Shown here: piece by piece, positions 61,128-64,000 of the stretch | How the letters are laid out: every line of letters starts with the position of its first letter | How positions within the stretch are numbered: position 1 is the stretch's first letter | Assembly (NCBI GenBank): GCA_963677435.1 | Contig: OY781945.1 | Coordinates: 2,976,001-3,040,000 of the forward strand | Direction of reading: 5' to 3' | From: an uncultured Aliarcobacter sp. | Lineage (GTDB): Bacteria > Campylobacterota > Campylobacteria > Campylobacterales > Arcobacteraceae | DNA: 64,000 bases | The notes under the pieces: generated by a model | The model's input: only the letters and a program-made list of their open reading frames with translations | What the model was told of the DNA's origin: nothing | The model's database searches: none | Program-made: the position numbers and the translations under genes

Positions 61128-62303
61128 ATGGATAAAATAATAGATATTTTAGATTCAATTGCATATGAAAAAGGTCTCAAAATTGATGATGTTGAAAATG
61201 CACTAAAAGAAGCTTTGATTAAAACAGCTCAAAAGATGGTTGATGAAACACTTACTTTTGATGCAAATATTGATAGAGTAAACAGAAAACTTGAACTATT
61301 TCAAAAAATAGAAGTTGTATCTGAAGAAGATGAAAGACTACATGCTAATGCAGTAAATAAATATGGTGAAGCGCTTAATTATGAAAATTATATTACTCTT
61401 GATGAAGCAAAAGAGATTGACCCAGATTTAGAAATTGGCGATTTTATGAACTATGATTTAGAGTTCGAGAATATGGGAAGAAATGCTGCTACTATATTAC
61501 ATAATAATTTTGAATTTCGACTTCAAAGATTTATTGAAGAAAATCTTGTAAGTAAATATAAAGATAAAATCGGAAAAACTATAGCTGGAACTGTTACTAG
61601 AATTGATAGACAAGAGAATACATTTATTGAAATTGGTGAAGTAAAAGGTATTCTACAACGAAAAAGTAGAATAAAAGGTGAAACTTTTAAAGTTGGGGAT
61701 GTTGTTAAAGCCGTTGTTAAAGGTGTAAATATTGATAAAACTAATGGTTTACTAATTGATATTTCAAGAACTTCTCCAAAATTCTTAGAAAATCTTTTAG
61801 TACTTGAAGTTCCTGAATTAAAAGATAAAAAAGTTACAATTGAAGCAAGTGCTAGAATTCCTGGAACTAGATCTAAAATTGCACTTTCATCTATTGATCC
61901 TCAAATTGATCCAATTGGCTCTGTTGTTGGTGTAAAAGGTGTTAGAATTGGTTCGGTTTCAAAACAACTAAATGGTGAAAATATAGACTGTGTTGAGTTC
62001 TCTACAATTCCTGAAATGTTTATTTCAAGAGCATTATCACCAGCACTTGTAAATAGTGTAAAAATTGAAAAAGCTCCTTCTTATGGTGAAAAAGGAAAAG
62101 CAGTTGTAACAATTCCAAGTGATCAAAAATCTAAAGCTATTGGAAAAGCTGGTTTAAATATTAGATTAGCTTCAATGCTTACAAAATATGATATTGAATT
62201 AATTGAAATTGCTTCAACAGTAAGTTCTTCAAACAATAATGAAAAAACTGTTTCTGAAGACAAAGTAACTGATACAGCATCTTTAGAAGCACTATTTAAA
62301 TAA
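61128..62303 (+). CDS. nusA: Transcription termination/antitermination factor NusA
   Basis: S1 and KH domains; ARIPGTRSKI and AIGKAGLNIRLA; start set at MDKIIDI. Confidence 0.96.
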   Translation: MDKIIDILDSIAYEKGLKIDDVENALKEALIKTAQKMVDETLTFDANIDRVNRKLELFQKIEVVSEEDERLHANAVNKYGEALNYENYITLDEAKEIDPDLEIGDFMNYDLEFENMGRNAATILHNNFEFRLQRFIEENLVSKYKDKIGKTIAGTVTRIDRQENTFIEIGEVKGILQRKSRIKGETFKVGDVVKAVVKGVNIDKTNGLLIDISRTSPKFLENLLVLEVPELKDKKVTIEASARIPGTRSKIALSSIDPQIDPIGSVVGVKGVRIGSVSKQLNGENIDCVEFSTIPEMFISRALSPALVNSVKIEKAPSYGEKGKAVVTIPSDQKSKAIGKAGLNIRLASMLTKYDIELIEIASTVSSSNNNEKTVSEDKVTDTASLEALFK

Positions 62304-62304
62304 C

Positions 62305-63705
62305 ATGTTACTACATATTTACGACTCAGTAAAAAAGGAAAAAGTAGAGTTTAACTCTATTATTCCTAATGTAGCTAAGATTTATGTTTGTGGACCAACT
62401 GTTTATGATGATTCTCACTTAGGTCATGCAAGAAGTGCAATAGCCTTTGATTTACTTCATAGGGTTTTAAAAGCAAATGATTATGAAGTTATTATGACAA
62501 AAAACTTCACTGATATTGATGATAAAATTATCAAAAAAATGTACGACTCAAATAAATCTCTTGAAGAAATCACAACTACTTATATAAGCGCTTATAAAGC
62601 TGATATGAAAGCTTTAAATATCCTAGATAATACAATTGAACCAAAAGCTACAGAAAATCTTGAAAGTATGAAAGATATGATTTTAAATCTTATGCAAAAA
62701 GATATTGCTTATAAAACAAGTGATAGTGTATATTTTGATACTTCAAAAGATAACTCTTACGGAACATTGTCTCACAAAGCAAGTGATGAAAACTCACAAG
62801 CAAGAGTTGAAGTAAATAATGAAAAAAGAAATCCATCAGATTTTGCTCTTTGGAAATTTTCAAAAACTAATGATGTAAGTTTTGATGCTCCTTTTGGACT
62901 TGGACGACCAGGTTGGCATATTGAATGTAGTGCTATGATTGAAAAACATTTAGCTTATAAAGATTCTGAGTTTCAAATAGATATTCATGGAGGTGGAGCT
63001 GATTTACTTTTCCCACATCATGAAAATGAAGCTGCACAAACTAGATGTTCAAGTGGACAAAATCTTTCAAAATATTGGATGCACAATGGTTTTGTAAATA
63101 TTGATGGGGAAAAAATGAGTAAATCTTTAGGAAACTCATTTTTCTTAAAAGATGTATTAAAATCATACTCAGGTGAAGTTATTAGATTTTATTTAATGTC
63201 TACACATTATAGAGCAAACTTTAATTTCAATGAAGAGGACTTACTTTCATCTAAAAAAAGGCTAGATAAGCTTTATAGAGTTAAAAAAAGGGTTTATGCA
63301 GTTGAAGCTTCAAGTGTGAATAAAAACTTCTCTGAAGAGATATTCAAAGCTTTAAATGACGATATGAATACATCAAAAGCTTTTTCAGTTATTGATGAAA
63401 TGATTGGAAATGCAAATGATAAATTAGATGCTAATCCAAAAGATAAAAATCTAAAAAAAGAATTAGTTGCAAATATTTTATTTATTAATGATATTTTAGG
63501 TATTGGATTTAATGATGCTTATGAATACTTCCAATTTGGAATAGATGAAAATACTAAATCTAAAATTGAAAAACTAATAGAAAAAAGAAATGAAGCTAAA
63601 AAAGAAAAAGATTTTGTTACAGCAGATGCTGTAAGAGATGAATTAATTGCACTTGAAATTTCAGTTATGGATACAGTTAATGGAACTGTTTGGGAAAAGT
63701 TATAA
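62305..63705 (+). CDS. cysS: Cysteine--tRNA ligase
   Basis: Motifs CGPTVY, HLGH, GRPGWHIEC and KMSKS. Confidence 0.98.
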   Translation: MLLHIYDSVKKEKVEFNSIIPNVAKIYVCGPTVYDDSHLGHARSAIAFDLLHRVLKANDYEVIMTKNFTDIDDKIIKKMYDSNKSLEEITTTYISAYKADMKALNILDNTIEPKATENLESMKDMILNLMQKDIAYKTSDSVYFDTSKDNSYGTLSHKASDENSQARVEVNNEKRNPSDFALWKFSKTNDVSFDAPFGLGRPGWHIECSAMIEKHLAYKDSEFQIDIHGGGADLLFPHHENEAAQTRCSSGQNLSKYWMHNGFVNIDGEKMSKSLGNSFFLKDVLKSYSGEVIRFYLMSTHYRANFNFNEEDLLSSKKRLDKLYRVKKRVYAVEASSVNKNFSEEIFKALNDDMNTSKAFSVIDEMIGNANDKLDANPKDKNLKKELVANILFINDILGIGFNDAYEYFQFGIDENTKSKIEKLIEKRNEAKKEKDFVTADAVRDELIALEISVMDTVNGTVWEKL

Positions 63706-63727
63706 ATTTTTTATAACTCTCAAACAT

Positions 63728-63763
63728 AAAAAAAGGGAAGAAGTTAAACTTCTTCCCTTTTTT
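63728..63763. terminator. Bidirectional intrinsic terminator between cysS and rpsR
   Basis: A-run, GGGAAGAAGTT, AACTTCTTCCC, T-run. Confidence 0.85.
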
Positions 63764-63781
63764 ATTTACTAAAAATAATTC

Positions 63782-64000
63782 TTAGTAAAATGATCTTGCG
63801 TATGCAGAATCAGTAATGTTTTTAGTATCAACAATGTAAGGAACTAATGCCATATGTCTAGCTCTTTTGATTGCTTTTTCTACCATTTCTTGTGAATTTT
63901 TAGAGTTACCAGTAAGTCTTCTAGGCATAATTTTACCTCTTTCACTCATAGATAATTTTAATAATTCTGTATTTTTATAATCAATGAAATCTACTTTCAT
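63782..64000 (-). CDS. rpsR: 30S ribosomal protein S18 (5' end lies outside the window)
   Basis: IDYKN...[13 protein letters not shown]...[10 protein letters not shown]. Confidence 0.95.
   Translation of the reverse strand: MKVDFIDYKNTELLKLSMSERGKIMPRRLTGNSKNSQEMVEKAIKRARHMALVPYIVDTKNITDSAYARSFY

Overview
AT-rich bacterial chromosomal window, almost entirely core genome. Gene content and synteny (ahpC/fdxA-ndk-rpmF-plsX-fabH; HP0268-miaB-lpxJ; mqnE futalosine pathway) point to Campylobacterota, most likely Arcobacteraceae; this is an inference from sequence and synteny. The window holds about 60 CDS, including a NikA/DppA-type ABC importer, a TetR-EamA-EamA-dehydrogenase unit, an L,D-transpeptidase, the prpB-prpC-acnD-prpF methylcitrate operon, hemC, dnaX, murI, metNIQ, rho, pabBC, pyrB, cti, argD, pyk, bioF, mqnE, miaB, nusA, cysS and a partial rpsR. 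No rRNA, tRNA, IS or phage gene or CRISPR array was seen. Best leads: (1) a ZorA/ZorB-like ion-motor pair with no Zorya effectors, followed by an unannotated, translationally coupled 41-aa peptide with a MinD-like amphipathic tail and lying divergent from an L,D-transpeptidase; (2) an XRE-HTH/DUF5753-like protein divergent from the prp operon, with phased TTGT-N10-ACAA sites between them, a candidate new propionate regulator; (3) a single-chain PilM-PilN-PilO-like fusion at the flagellar-cage locus; (4) a candidate 70-nt sRNA between yraN and bioF; (5) a doubly frameshifted gdhA; (6) an SspB-like adaptor candidate; plus several clear operator palindromes. All family calls come from motif recognition by eye; no database searches were run.
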